From the NCBI GenBank assembly GCA_019057385.1, contig JAHQJS010000007.1, positions 779,685 to 843,684 of the forward strand: DNA of 64,000 bases, written 5' to 3'. Of the stretch, positions 10,388-20,189 are shown one piece after another. This DNA is from Candidatus Borrarchaeum weybense. Lineage in GTDB: Archaea; Asgardarchaeota; Sifarchaeia; Borrarchaeales; Borrarchaeaceae. The notes beneath the pieces were generated by a model that worked only from the letters and a program-made list of their open reading frames with translations, ran no database searches and had not been told where the DNA came from. How positions within the stretch are numbered: the stretch's first letter is position 1; each line of letters begins with the position of its first letter. Made by a program: the position numbers and the translations under genes.

Positions 10388-10543
10388 AAGGAAAATATTT
10401 TTCGCCCTTATTCAGGCGTCCATTTTTTTCTAATATTTGATACTTGTGCTGCTTTTCAATATTGTATCCATAAGTATACCGCAGTATACCGATTAATTCC
10501 CTTAAATTGGTATCTTATAGGATAGTTCCAATTTAGGATTAAC

Positions 10544-11398
10544 TCAGTCTTTTAAATGTTCAATGACATAATCTAGTATTAGTTCTGGAATTTCAACGAA
10601 AGTTGTTTCCATCAATCCTTTAAATTCTACTGTATGGTTGATCTCATTGACAACTAATCCTTCTTTATCTTCCAATAGATCAACGCCAAGAATTCCGCCT
10701 CCAACAACTTTCGCAGCCTTTAAACTCAATTCTTTAATCTCTGGAGTAATTTCGCAAATCTTTGCTGTGCCACCTCTCGCAATATTTGTCCGCCAGTCGC
10801 CACCATTTGCTTTTCTATACATAGCAGCAACCACATCATCTCCGATAACAAAAGCCCTGATATCTCTTTTTGAGGGAACCTTTTCCTGAATATAATGAAT
10901 TTTATGAAGTGGTCCTAACATTTCTTTATGCTCTATAACTGATGTTGCTACGATTTCATCGTTAATCAAAGAAACGAGACGCCCCCAAGAGCCTACTAAA
11001 GGCTTAATAACAGCAGGATAACCTACATCATTCAAGGATTCAAGAGCAGAATCTTCTGCGAATGACACCAAAGTTTTTGGAGTTGGGATATTTGCTTTTG
11101 TTAACGCTAAAGTTGTCAAGAGTTTATTACCACAGGTTTGTGCTGTTTCAAAGGAATTGATGACATGTAATCCTTTGTTTTCAAGGATTGCTGATAGATA
11201 TAACCCTCTAAAATAACTTACGCTTCTTTGGAGTAAAACATCATATTCCTGTAAATCCGAATTACAATCGGTTGCCGTTAGAGAGAGCCTTTTGGCATCA
11301 ATCAAGTTCAAATCTATTTTTTTCTTCGCTGCAGCCTTTACAAGTTGCTTTTCATTCCAGCTAATTCTATCATATATTAATCCAATTTTCAGTTTCAA
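10544..11398 (-). CDS. argX: LysX/ArgX-family ATP-grasp LysW ligase, ArgX-like
   Basis: KPLVGSWGRLV, RDIR, WRTNIARGG, NEINHTVEFKGL. EFKG and WR.N(I/V) resemble glutamate-specific ArgX more than the EFKN/WITNT of LysX (recalled signatures). Preceded by an Arg-rich leader. Confidence 0.78.
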   Translation of the reverse strand: MKLKIGLIYDRISWNEKQLVKAAAKKKIDLNLIDAKRLSLTATDCNSDLQEYDVLLQRSVSYFRGLYLSAILENKGLHVINSFETAQTCGNKLLTTLALTKANIPTPKTLVSFAEDSALESLNDVGYPAVIKPLVGSWGRLVSLINDEIVATSVIEHKEMLGPLHKIHYIQEKVPSKRDIRAFVIGDDVVAAMYRKANGGDWRTNIARGGTAKICEITPEIKELSLKAAKVVGGGILGVDLLEDKEGLVVNEINHTVEFKGLMETTFVEIPELILDYVIEHLKD

Positions 11399-11625
11399 AA
11401 CCCCCTTTAGAGGTATTAAATCAAAAAACTTCCAAGAGGGTCGTTAATAGGTGAAAGAACGAATTTTAGAACAACTACAGAGCCCACATGATTTGACTCT
11501 ATAAGATTTATCTAAAACAAGTCTTGGCTTACACGAGTTGAAACCAAGTTTTCAACTTTAGCCTATTAACGACGATTTTCCAATGCAAATTTTTTTCATC
11601 GTCGTCGTCGTCGTCGTCGGATCCC
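11399..11625 (-). promoter_or_regulatory. Putative attenuator RNA with alternative pairings between the leader ORF and argX
   Basis: mRNA GACGACGAU (last Arg codons) pairs with AUCGUCGUU (11568-11576). GUCGUUAAUAGG (11562-11573) pairs perfectly (12 bp) with CCUAUUAACGAC (11440-11451). GACCCUCUU (11434-11442) can pair with AAGGGGGUU before the argX start. Internal hairpin AGUUGAAA-ACUUGG-UUUCAACU; U6 tract near 11423-11428. Confidence 0.7.
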
Positions 11626-11691
11626 CACATCTAAAACAAGATATTCGTTTTCAAAAACAGAGTTTCCCATAAAAACTTCATCATAATCCAT
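11596..11691 (-). CDS. Putative arginine leader peptide MDYDEVFMGNSVFENEYLVLDVGIRRRRRRR
   Basis: ATG at 11691 with SD GAGGTG 7 nt upstream; seven consecutive CGA codons immediately before TGA; ~200 nt upstream of the argX-like gene on the same strand. Confidence 0.8.
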   Translation of the reverse strand: MDYDEVFMGNSVFENEYLVLDVGIRRRRRRR

Positions 11692-11848
11692 ATAATCCAC
11701 CTCTAGATCCGACTTTTTATTTTGTTGCACATTGCTCTTATGGTTTTTAAGATTTTTGTTTTTGTATATTTAGTGTGAAGTTCAATACAGCAAAAAAATG
11801 AAAAAAATCAAGATTTGGATTGAGTCATATCAAAAAGTGAAGAAAAAG

Positions 11849-13111
11849 TTAAGTTGGAGTCCAATTTTTCATTGCTCTTCGAAACATTTTATTTAGATCG
11901 TCTTCTTTAATAGGAACCGGATTTAAATAGAGTAATCGTTGTATTTTGAACGTATCTGCGGCTAAACGAGCAATATATTCTTCCTTTACGTTAAATGGTG
12001 GCGCTTCAAGGCCATATGGAATTCCAATATCCTTTGATAATTGAATAATTGCGTTTACGCTTTTTTGTGCAGCATCCATAAGCGAAAGATCTTTCACATT
12101 TTCACCTAGTAACTGGGCTATACGTGCAAAACGCTCTGGTGCACCTGGTATATTGAATTCCACAACTGCAGGAAGTATTACAGCGTTAGTAATGCCGTGT
12201 GGTGTATGCCATTGACCCCCCACGGGATAAGCCATGGCATGAACAGTACAAACTCCCGCGTTTGTGAACGCTGCACCAGCTAGGAACGACGCTAATAACA
12301 TGCCACTCCTTGCCTCTAGGTTGTTACCATTATTAACAGCTAGACGTAAGTACTTTCCAATTAGTTCGATAGACTTTTCGGCAAATATATCCGTTAGTTC
12401 AGTTGAGCCCGTAAAAACAGGTCTTTCTGGTGGAGTTGCTGGCTTGGGTCGTGTCGTATATGGTCTAACGAAATATGCTTCAATGGCGTGAACAAGGGCA
12501 TCCATGCCTGTTGCTGCTGTAATGGAGGGGGGCATCGTAATGGTCAACAGAGGATCTAAAATCCCAAGTGTGGGTCTGCCACAGAATAGTGCCCCCTTTA
12601 CTAATTTTTCTGGGAAAGTTATAACTGAAGAAGGAGAGGTCTCACTACCGGTTCCTGCAGTAGTAGGAACAGCTATCAGTGGTTTAAATGGTCCTGGAAT
12701 TTTTTTTCCTTCGCCAAAAGGTGCTGGCATGTAGTCGAGAATTTTGCCACCGTGTGTGAGCACTAAAGCAATTACTTTAGCTGAATCTATAGCACTTCCA
12801 CCACCCAAAGCTACAAATCCATCAAAATTACTATCTTTAAAGTTGTCAATACAGTCTTGCATAGATTTTAACGAAGGTTCTGGTTCCACTTTGTCCCAGA
12901 CCGTAAAAGTGATATTTTGCTCTTTAATAGGTTGCACAATTTTGTCAACAAGACCAATTTTAACCATTACAGAATCAGTCACGATAAGACAATTCTCTAT
13001 TCCTAATTTTTTTAGATCCCAACCAATTTCCGATGCAACATCTAGTCCAAATTTGATATTAGACATAGCAAATTGCCAGGCAGTATCTATTGGTAAGCTA
13101 TCTATCGGCAT
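11849..13111 (-). CDS. Iron-containing alcohol dehydrogenase / hydroxyacid-oxoacid transhydrogenase-like, paralog 1
   Basis: GGGSAIDSAK, PTTAGTGSET, GMDALVHAIEAY, HAMAY..HG. Confidence 0.9.
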   Translation of the reverse strand: MPIDSLPIDTAWQFAMSNIKFGLDVASEIGWDLKKLGIENCLIVTDSVMVKIGLVDKIVQPIKEQNITFTVWDKVEPEPSLKSMQDCIDNFKDSNFDGFVALGGGSAIDSAKVIALVLTHGGKILDYMPAPFGEGKKIPGPFKPLIAVPTTAGTGSETSPSSVITFPEKLVKGALFCGRPTLGILDPLLTITMPPSITAATGMDALVHAIEAYFVRPYTTRPKPATPPERPVFTGSTELTDIFAEKSIELIGKYLRLAVNNGNNLEARSGMLLASFLAGAAFTNAGVCTVHAMAYPVGGQWHTPHGITNAVILPAVVEFNIPGAPERFARIAQLLGENVKDLSLMDAAQKSVNAIIQLSKDIGIPYGLEAPPFNVKEEYIARLAADTFKIQRLLYLNPVPIKEDDLNKMFRRAMKNWTPT

Positions 13112-13301
13112 TTTATGCCTCCTTTAAGAATTTATTTCGGATTAAATGCTTGCTATATGTAAAAGACCTTAATAAAAGTGACGTAAAAATATAAGAGCAT
13201 TAGCCCGAAACGACTAACTTCACCCGTAATTAATAAGCTGCTATTTAAATCAATTTTTCAAGTAATCATATAGTTATTTGGAACAAGAAAGTAGAAAAAA
13301 T

Positions 13302-14558
13302 CTACTTAAGTGTCCAATTTCGCATGGCTTTTCGAAATAACTTTTTCAGATCATCCTCGATTATCGGAACTGGATTTGCACCCAAAAGCCGTTGTACTTT
13401 GAATGTATCTGCGGCTAAACGTGGAATGTCTTCTTCTTTTACACCAATCGCTTCGAGGCCGTATGGAATGCCAATATCTTTTGACAATTGGATAATTGCA
13501 TTTACGCTCTTTTGTGCAGCATCCATAGCCGAAAGATTTTCAATATTTTCACCTAGTAAATGGGCTATACGTTTAAAACGTTCTAGTGCACCGGGTATAT
13601 TGAATTCAACAGATGCAGGAAGTAAAACTGCATTTGTTACACCATGCGGAGTATGAAATTGTCCACCAACTATAAGAGCCATTGCATGAACTACGGAAAC
13701 ACCTGCATTACTAAAAGCGACACCAGCGAGGAAAGAGGCTAATAACATACTACTTCTAGCTTCTAGATCATTACCATTAAAAACAGCTCTACGTAGATGT
13801 TTCCCAATTAATTCGATGGCACGTTCAGCAAACAGATCCGTCAGTTCTGTAGCTCCTGTATACACCGGCCTCTCAAGAGGCGTCTTGGGTTTCGGTCGAG
13901 AAGTATACGGTCGCACCCAATATGCTTCGATTGCGTGAACTAGAGCGTCCATACCTGTGCTTGCTGTAACAGAAGGGGGCATTGTCACCGTCAATAGAGG
14001 ATCCAAAATACCAAGCGTTGGTATTCCGCAGAACAAAGCTCCTTTCACTTGTTTTTCCGGAAATGAGATAACTGACACAGGAGTAGTTTCACTACCAGTG
14101 CCTGCTGTAGTAGGAACAGCAATCAATGGTTTAGAAGGACCTGGAATTTTTTTTCCTTCTCCAAATGGAGGTGCCATGTAATCAAGAATTTTACCACCGT
14201 GCGTGAGCACCAAGTCAATTACTTTGGCGGAATCGATGCTCGAACCACCACCTACCGCTACAAAACCATCAAAATTACTATCTTTCAAGCTGCCAATACA
14301 GTCTTGCATAGAATTCAGGGAAGGTTCTGGCTCTACCTTATTCCAGATCATTACATCTATATCTTGTTCTTCAATAACGTGCTTAATTTTATCCACTGTA
14401 CCAATTTGAGCCAATACAGGGTCTGTAATGATAAGGCAATTCCTTATTTCTAAACGTTTTAGATCGTATCCAATTTCAGACGCAACTCCATATCCAAACT
14501 TTATTCGAGACATCTGTAAATCCCAAACGGTATCAGTAGGTAATTCTGATAGTGACAT
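13302..14558 (-). CDS. Iron-containing alcohol dehydrogenase / hydroxyacid-oxoacid transhydrogenase-like, paralog 2
   Basis: Same motifs as its neighbour; start placed at ATG 14558 (MSLSELP) behind GGAGG. Confidence 0.9.
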   Translation of the reverse strand: MSLSELPTDTVWDLQMSRIKFGYGVASEIGYDLKRLEIRNCLIITDPVLAQIGTVDKIKHVIEEQDIDVMIWNKVEPEPSLNSMQDCIGSLKDSNFDGFVAVGGGSSIDSAKVIDLVLTHGGKILDYMAPPFGEGKKIPGPSKPLIAVPTTAGTGSETTPVSVISFPEKQVKGALFCGIPTLGILDPLLTVTMPPSVTASTGMDALVHAIEAYWVRPYTSRPKPKTPLERPVYTGATELTDLFAERAIELIGKHLRRAVFNGNDLEARSSMLLASFLAGVAFSNAGVSVVHAMALIVGGQFHTPHGVTNAVLLPASVEFNIPGALERFKRIAHLLGENIENLSAMDAAQKSVNAIIQLSKDIGIPYGLEAIGVKEEDIPRLAADTFKVQRLLGANPVPIIEDDLKKLFRKAMRNWTLK

Positions 14559-14584
14559 ACTTACGCCTCCTCTAAAACGGCAGT

Positions 14585-14926
14585 TTACTTCGCTCTCCAA
14601 GAGTGAACTAATGATTTCAATTGTTGCAATATGTTTCCAAGATCTCTTCCTTTTTGAGTGAGAGAATACTCTACCCTTACGGGTGTGGTCGGGATGACGT
14701 CTCTAACGATTAACTCCATTTTTTCAAATTGCTTCAATCGTTTGGATAGAGTTTTAGGACTTAAACTATTCAGTACGTCTAAAAACTCATTGAATCGCAT
14801 TATTTCAGACTTCATAAGGTGCATTATAAGGAATATGCTCCATCTTTTTCCAAGAAGGGACAAGAGTTCACACCCACAACCAGGAAAACAATCCTCCATT
14901 CCACACTCGCAACTCAATTCTGTCAA
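14585..14926 (-). CDS. HxlR-family winged-helix transcriptional regulator
   Basis: LLGKRWS, RFNEF, SPKTLSKRLK, PVRVEYSLTQKG. Confidence 0.9.
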   Translation of the reverse strand: MTELSCECGMEDCFPGCGCELLSLLGKRWSIFLIMHLMKSEIMRFNEFLDVLNSLSPKTLSKRLKQFEKMELIVRDVIPTTPVRVEYSLTQKGRDLGNILQQLKSLVHSWRAK

Positions 14927-15025
14927 TGAGACTAACTCCGATTAGCTATATTAGGTTACATTTTGGGAACTACTAATTCTATATACTAAGTATAATAAGT
15001 AAATTAACTATAAAATGTTTTTCAA

Positions 15026-15901
15026 ATGGTAGGGAACGGAATGAATAAAAGAATACAAGGGTTAATTGCGGCTGTCATCGTTGTAATCTGTTTGGTTGGT
15101 GCATATAGTTATATCAGTCCACAAATAACGGAAACTAGCGAAGGAAAAATAGGCGTTGTTGTCACCATTGTTCCGCAGACCGAATTTGTTGAGAGTGTGG
15201 CGGGTGATAGAGTAACAGTAACAGTAATGGTTCCTTCTGGAGCAAGTCCACATACTTATGAACCTACACCGAGTCAACTAGAAGCGGTTAGTAAGGCACA
15301 GATATACTTTAAGGTGGGATCTGGGGTAGAATTTGAGACTGCTTGGTGGGATAAGATTATCGCTGCAAATCCGAACATATATGTTATTGACAGTTCAGAG
15401 GGCATAGAACTAATAGGGACTGATCCACATATTTGGAATTCTCCAATTAATGCAAAGAAAATGGTAGAAAACTTTTACAACGGTCTTACACAGGTAGACC
15501 CAGATCATAAAGATGAATACAAAGCAAACAAAGATATTTATCTACAACAGCTTGACGAACTTGACAATTACATTCGAGAGCTCTTTGTCGACTTTACAAA
15601 CAGGGTTTTTCTAATATATCATCCATCATTTGGATATTTTGCTGAGGAATATGGTCTGACACAAATTGCAATAGAGCACGGAGGTAAAGAACCGACTCCA
15701 CAAGTCATTCAAGAAAGTATAGATGCTGCGAACACCTACAATTTATCATACGTCTATGTGGCACCACAATTTTCAACGATACATGCAAAAACAATTGCCA
15801 ACGAAATTGGTGGGAAAATTCTATACATTGATCCTCTCGCTGAAAACTATATTGATAACATGAGTAATGTAGCTGACGCGCTTGCTTTGGAGTTTGAATG
15901 A
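15026..15901 (+). CDS. znuA: Zn/Mn ABC transporter substrate-binding protein
   Basis: SPHTYEP, DPHIW, YHPSFGYF, DPL; N-terminal membrane anchor. Confidence 0.9.
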   Translation: MVGNGMNKRIQGLIAAVIVVICLVGAYSYISPQITETSEGKIGVVVTIVPQTEFVESVAGDRVTVTVMVPSGASPHTYEPTPSQLEAVSKAQIYFKVGSGVEFETAWWDKIIAANPNIYVIDSSEGIELIGTDPHIWNSPINAKKMVENFYNGLTQVDPDHKDEYKANKDIYLQQLDELDNYIRELFVDFTNRVFLIYHPSFGYFAEEYGLTQIAIEHGGKEPTPQVIQESIDAANTYNLSYVYVAPQFSTIHAKTIANEIGGKILYIDPLAENYIDNMSNVADALALEFE

Positions 15902-15940
15902 TACGTATACAGATACATACGATGGATGGATGGATGAAAA

Positions 15941-16687
15941 ATGAATGCAGAAATTGTTAGCCTCAAGAATGTATCAGTTTATTTCAATGATGTTTCCGTT
16001 CTTGAGGACATCACTTTTTCTATAAAGCAAAACGATTTTCTTGCTATAATAGGCCCCAATGGGGGTGGAAAAACTACACTATTAAAAGTAATCCTTGGCT
16101 TGATTAAACCAAATAGAGGCGAAGTTGCAGTTTTTGGAAAAACCCCAGAAGAAGGGCGAAAATTAATTGGATATCTGCCGCAATACACATCCTTTGATTT
16201 GAAATTTCCCATAAACGTGTTCAACGTAGTTCTTATGGGGCGATATAATGGAATTTTCAAAAGATATTCGAAAGAAGATAAAGAAGCTGTCATTAACGCC
16301 CTGAAAATTGTCGAAATGCTCGAATTCAGGGATAGACAGATCGGAAAATTATCGGGAGGGCAGTTACAGAGGGTTCTTTTGGCCAGAGCACTTGCAAGAG
16401 AACGTAAATTGCTTGTGCTTGATGAACCAATGACAAACATCGATCCAGAGATGCAACAGTCATTTTATGAGTTACTCGTAGAACTCAAAAAAGAGATGAC
16501 AATAGTTTTAGTAACTCATGATATTGGCGTTGTTTCTGTGTATGTCGATGAAATTGCGTGCTTAAATCGCAAGTTGGTGTATCATGGTTCAAAAGAAACG
16601 GCATTGAAAAAACTTGAAGACCTATATAAATGCCCGGTAGAACTAATAGCGCATGGAATTCCCCATAGAGTATTAAAGAGGCACTAA
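15941..16687 (+). CDS. znuC: Zn/Mn ABC transporter ATP-binding protein
   Basis: [27 protein letters not shown]. Confidence 0.92.
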   Translation: MNAEIVSLKNVSVYFNDVSVLEDITFSIKQNDFLAIIGPNGGGKTTLLKVILGLIKPNRGEVAVFGKTPEEGRKLIGYLPQYTSFDLKFPINVFNVVLMGRYNGIFKRYSKEDKEAVINALKIVEMLEFRDRQIGKLSGGQLQRVLLARALARERKLLVLDEPMTNIDPEMQQSFYELLVELKKEMTIVLVTHDIGVVSVYVDEIACLNRKLVYHGSKETALKKLEDLYKCPVELIAHGIPHRVLKRH

Positions 16688-16689
16688 GA

Positions 16690-17496
16690 ATGATAGAAAT
16701 TCTTCAGTACACATTTATGAGAAATGCGCTGATGGCAGCCGTTTTGGTAAGCATAGTTTGTGGAATCATCGGCACCTATGTAGTTATAAAAAGAATTGTC
16801 TTTATTAGTGGTGGCATTTCTCATGCCGCATTTGGGGGAATTGGGTTAGGCTTTCTGCTTGGAATAAATCCAGTTCTGGCTGCTATCCCTTTTAGCATAT
16901 TAGCTGCACTTAGTATTGGAACTATTAGTAAAAAAGTAAAAGTGAGTGAAGATACCGCTATTGGAATAATATGGACAGTAGGTATGGCATTAGGTATCCT
17001 ATTTATTCAGTTAAGTCCAGGCTATGCACCAGATCTGTTTAGCTATCTGTTTGGAAGTATCCTTACAGTTCCTTCTTCTGACTTGATTATGATGCTAATT
17101 TTAGATATAATAATTATTCTGACCACACTAGTACTCTACAAGGAATTTTCAGCAATATCATTCGACGAAGAATATTCAACGGTTATTGGTGTTCCAACGA
17201 AATTATCATATTTGCTGCTCATGTGTTTGGTCGGACTGAGTGTTGTTGTCCTAATAAGAGTCGTCGGAGTGATATTGGTTATCGCTTTGTTAACAATTCC
17301 AGCAGCGATAAGTAGACAATTTGTCTATAACGTTAAAAACTTAATGCTCCTTTCAATCATTATTGGACTTGTTCTAACTGTAACTGGTTTATGGCTCTCT
17401 TACGTACTCGATTTAGCTTCAGGAGCAGTCATTGTTTTAGTTTTAGGTGCATCTTTTCTTATATCTTCGTTTTTAAAACATTCTGTGCAAAGTTAA
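16690..17496 (+). CDS. znuB: Zn/Mn ABC transporter permease
   Basis: [27 protein letters not shown]; multi-TM. Confidence 0.92.
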   Translation: MIEILQYTFMRNALMAAVLVSIVCGIIGTYVVIKRIVFISGGISHAAFGGIGLGFLLGINPVLAAIPFSILAALSIGTISKKVKVSEDTAIGIIWTVGMALGILFIQLSPGYAPDLFSYLFGSILTVPSSDLIMMLILDIIIILTTLVLYKEFSAISFDEEYSTVIGVPTKLSYLLLMCLVGLSVVVLIRVVGVILVIALLTIPAAISRQFVYNVKNLMLLSIIIGLVLTVTGLWLSYVLDLASGAVIVLVLGASFLISSFLKHSVQS

Positions 17497-17663
17497 GAGA
17501 CGCCTGATGAAGCAATTTCTCCAAGTGAGGTATCTCACCTTACCTCTTCAAGGAAGAGGTATAATTTACTCTCCTCTATGAATTAACCTTGCCAAGTCAT
17601 AAAAGAAGTTCTATAAAATAAAATTAATCATATAAACGATTTTGTACTTTGTTTTCTATTTGA

Positions 17664-18233
17664 CTATATAAAGAGGAAATATCGAGGAACACGTTGTTTA
17701 TATCGCAAGAAAGATTCCCCGTATTTCTTCTCCAGGAATGATTCTTCAAGTAGAACAGCTTTGTGACTAAGTATTATCCACCAAATTAGTATAACAAGAA
17801 GCAAAATACCTGATACTGATAGCGTCCAACCCATCAAACAAAGTGCTAAATAAAACAATGATGCGCCTAAATACATTGGATTCCTCGAATATCGATAAAT
17901 TCCCGTGGTATTTACCCCTTTAGTGAATTGCGCAAATGAGTACATAGCAATTACATTCAAGACAATTCCTATGATATAAACCGGTAATCCAAGCCAAAAT
18001 AGTGGTCCAATGTTAATTGGCGTTAAAATACTGATAATTAAAATTACTAAGAGAAATATCCTACTAATTAATCCGCATTTCTTGCCACTAGGGGATTCAT
18101 AAAAGTCAGGATCTTCAATAGGGCTTCCTCGCTTTCGATCAGTAAGTATCATTAAAGCCCATATTAGACCGTATCCCACAACAAGGAAGATCCACAAGTT
18201 GTAAAGACCTAATTTTAGATTCAATTCTATCAT
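17664..18233 (-). CDS. Isoprenylcysteine carboxyl methyltransferase / PEMT family membrane protein
   Basis: TTGIYRYSRNPMYLG ... EESFLEKKYGESFLRYKQRVPRY. Confidence 0.88.
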   Translation of the reverse strand: MIELNLKLGLYNLWIFLVVGYGLIWALMILTDRKRGSPIEDPDFYESPSGKKCGLISRIFLLVILIISILTPINIGPLFWLGLPVYIIGIVLNVIAMYSFAQFTKGVNTTGIYRYSRNPMYLGASLFYLALCLMGWTLSVSGILLLVILIWWIILSHKAVLLEESFLEKKYGESFLRYKQRVPRYFLFI

Positions 18234-18333
18234 AGAATCTCCTCAATTTATATTTAGGGGAATTCTCAAACCAATGGACATCAATGAGGAGTTAACCAAT
18301 TCTGTTATAAAAAATTTTGGAATGTGGAGTTTT

Positions 18334-18978
18334 CTAACGCTCAGTTCGATTACGATATAAAATCATTAACGTTCCAGCTACACCAACTACTACTTCACCA
18401 ATGTCTGCCCAGACGTGGAAAGTCGTCACAGCATAAATCCCCGTCAGTGACCAAATAAGGGGAATCACTAAAACAAATAGAGAGATCCTTTTATTTGTCC
18501 CTAACAGCAGTCCGAAGGTGAAAATACAAATCGGACAAGGAGCACCGAAAATTGGTCCAGAAGGATAGCTATGCCCAGTAAAATATCCTATAAGTGGATA
18601 AATGACTAATGCGTATATTATGAAAATCGTCCCGACAAGGGAATATTTGTTTCCCTCGATTTTGAAAGATAAGGATGGTTTATATATACCGAAAACCAAG
18701 AATATCAAGCCTTGCAGGATGAATAGTGCGCCAAATAGAGAATATAAAGGAAAAATTGGGCTAAAGAATATTATGAAAAAGACGATTCCTGCCCACAACC
18801 AAAGAAAAGCTAGCATACCAGAAATGGTTTTATCAGAATAACTGGTTTTCTTTATAGCTAGGATCACTACGGCTACTCCTATCAAATAAATGATGATTAC
18901 CATCGGCCAAGTGGCCTCATGATACGTTTTAAACCCTTCAAAAAATGCTTCAGGACTAACAGAAGGGAATTCAGCCAT
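18334..18978 (-). CDS. Conserved membrane protein (DUF6064-like)
   Basis: YHEATWP, LWLWAGIVF, PIFGAPCPICIFTFG, IPLIWS..G...D pattern. Confidence 0.7.
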   Translation of the reverse strand: MAEFPSVSPEAFFEGFKTYHEATWPMVIIIYLIGVAVVILAIKKTSYSDKTISGMLAFLWLWAGIVFFIIFFSPIFPLYSLFGALFILQGLIFLVFGIYKPSLSFKIEGNKYSLVGTIFIIYALVIYPLIGYFTGHSYPSGPIFGAPCPICIFTFGLLLGTNKRISLFVLVIPLIWSLTGIYAVTTFHVWADIGEVVVGVAGTLMILYRNRTER

Positions 18979-19006
18979 TTACTAATCCTCCTATTGAACT
19001 GGGAAA

Positions 19007-19021
19007 TTTAGGTTGCCTAAA
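19007..19021. promoter_or_regulatory. Palindromic operator TTTAGG-TTG-CCTAAA (DtxR/SirR-like box)
   Basis: Inverted repeat just downstream of a minus-strand TATA-like TTAAATA (~19036-19042). Confidence 0.45.
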
Positions 19022-19068
19022 GTTTAGGATCCTCATATTTAACATTTTGAAAACTTTACTCCTACTCT

Positions 19069-19701
19069 TTAGGGTGAGGTCGTTGACGTTTGTCTTGTGA
19101 GCTTCGGAAAGAATTTTCCTACTCTCTGTTTATAGTTTTCATATTTTTCTTTATGCACTTTTAATAAATATTGCTCCTCAAAATTAGCCTTTGAATTGTA
19201 TACAAGGACATTGCACACCAAGTTAACCAATGACAATAGATTCGGTACAATGAAAAAAAGTCCAATTACGAACAAGATCACTGATAAACCTATTGGATGC
19301 CGAATATGGGCATATATTCCATGAGTAACTAAATTAGTTCTCTCTTTGGGAAGCATCATCCTAAAATTAACACCTAAAGTCAGGATGCCAACTGTTTCGA
19401 GCACAAATCCAAAGCCAATTATAGCCATCCCCATAATTTGAAAAAATTCATTGAATATTAAAGGAATTTTCAAAAACCAATTGGCACTATCCTCATTGAT
19501 CACATAAAGAATTATTATACCTATAAACAGCAAACTACTTAAACTCGCAAATATCCTTTTTCCGCTAGGATATCCACCAGCTACGCCTTTTGAATCTTTT
19601 CCAGCACGTTTTGGTATGATTAAAGATATTAAAAATAAAACTAGATATAAGACTAAGTACCCCAGAAGAAATATTTGAATATAACTTAAATTCATCTTCA
19701 T
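19069..19701 (-). CDS. Isoprenylcysteine carboxyl methyltransferase family membrane protein
   Basis: LVTHGIYAHIRHP ... EEQYL...Y.NYKQRVGKFFP. Confidence 0.85.
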   Translation of the reverse strand: MKMNLSYIQIFLLGYLVLYLVLFLISLIIPKRAGKDSKGVAGGYPSGKRIFASLSSLLFIGIIILYVINEDSANWFLKIPLIFNEFFQIMGMAIIGFGFVLETVGILTLGVNFRMMLPKERTNLVTHGIYAHIRHPIGLSVILFVIGLFFIVPNLLSLVNLVCNVLVYNSKANFEEQYLLKVHKEKYENYKQRVGKFFPKLTRQTSTTSP

Positions 19702-19797
19702 TGCCGCGTCCTTTTGTAAAAATTCTTCAAAATAACACTGTAGTGCTCCTAAAAGCTGATTTAATCGTAGTCTCTTCTTTTTTCCAACTAAGAAGAA

Positions 19798-19811
19798 TTA
19801 GGTTTACCTAA
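19798..19811. promoter_or_regulatory. Palindromic operator TTAGG-TTTA-CCTAA (DtxR/SirR-like box)
   Basis: Inverted repeat ~25 nt downstream of minus-strand AAAAATTTATATAC (BRE/TATA), so it overlaps the expected TSS. Confidence 0.5.
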
Positions 19812-19994
19812 AATTTAAAATGACGTGTATATAAATTTTTGGTATGCTTAAAATATATCTTAGCCTCGCAAGAAGACTCCATCCGCCTAATGATCTTTAT
19901 TACACTATATCAAATGATTTCTTATTATACTTCAATAAAAATAAGAAAAAGAGACTAAACGCTTATTTTATTTCCCAATTTTTTCTTAAAGGGA

Positions 19995-20189
19995 TTATTT
20001 ATAGCAACTGATGAATCTTTCGATTGTCCTGTCATATGTTTTTTCGACTTCTGGGGGAAATAAACAACCTGGCAATTCTCCACGGGCTTTGTGATAACTT
20101 ATGCATTCACAACAAAGACCTTTTTTCGAGCAAGGATAAGTACATCCACAATGTTCAATATTCTTGGATATGTTACAATCACGTTTCAT
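19995..20189 (-). CDS. Small Cys-rich protein (DUF6485-like)
   Basis: [20 protein letters not shown]...LPGCLFP..EKTYDR. Confidence 0.75.
   Translation of the reverse strand: MKRDCNISKNIEHCGCTYPCSKKGLCCECISYHKARGELPGCLFPPEVEKTYDRTIERFISCYK

Noticed and set aside
11599-11619. (TCG)7 as a plain microsatellite, or as a poly-Asp/Ser/Thr/Val reading
   Set aside because: The Arg frame has a good SD and ATG, ends in a stop immediately after the run, and matches the pathway of the downstream gene. The poly-Asp frame (MWGSDDDDDDDEK...) lacks an obvious SD.
11400-11848. lysW carrier gene next to lysX/argX
   Set aside because: No CxxC zinc ribbon or EDWGE C-terminus was found; LysW must be encoded elsewhere.
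15901-15940. ATAC/GATG short tandem repeats between znuA and znuC
   Set aside because: Too short and low-complexity to support a function.
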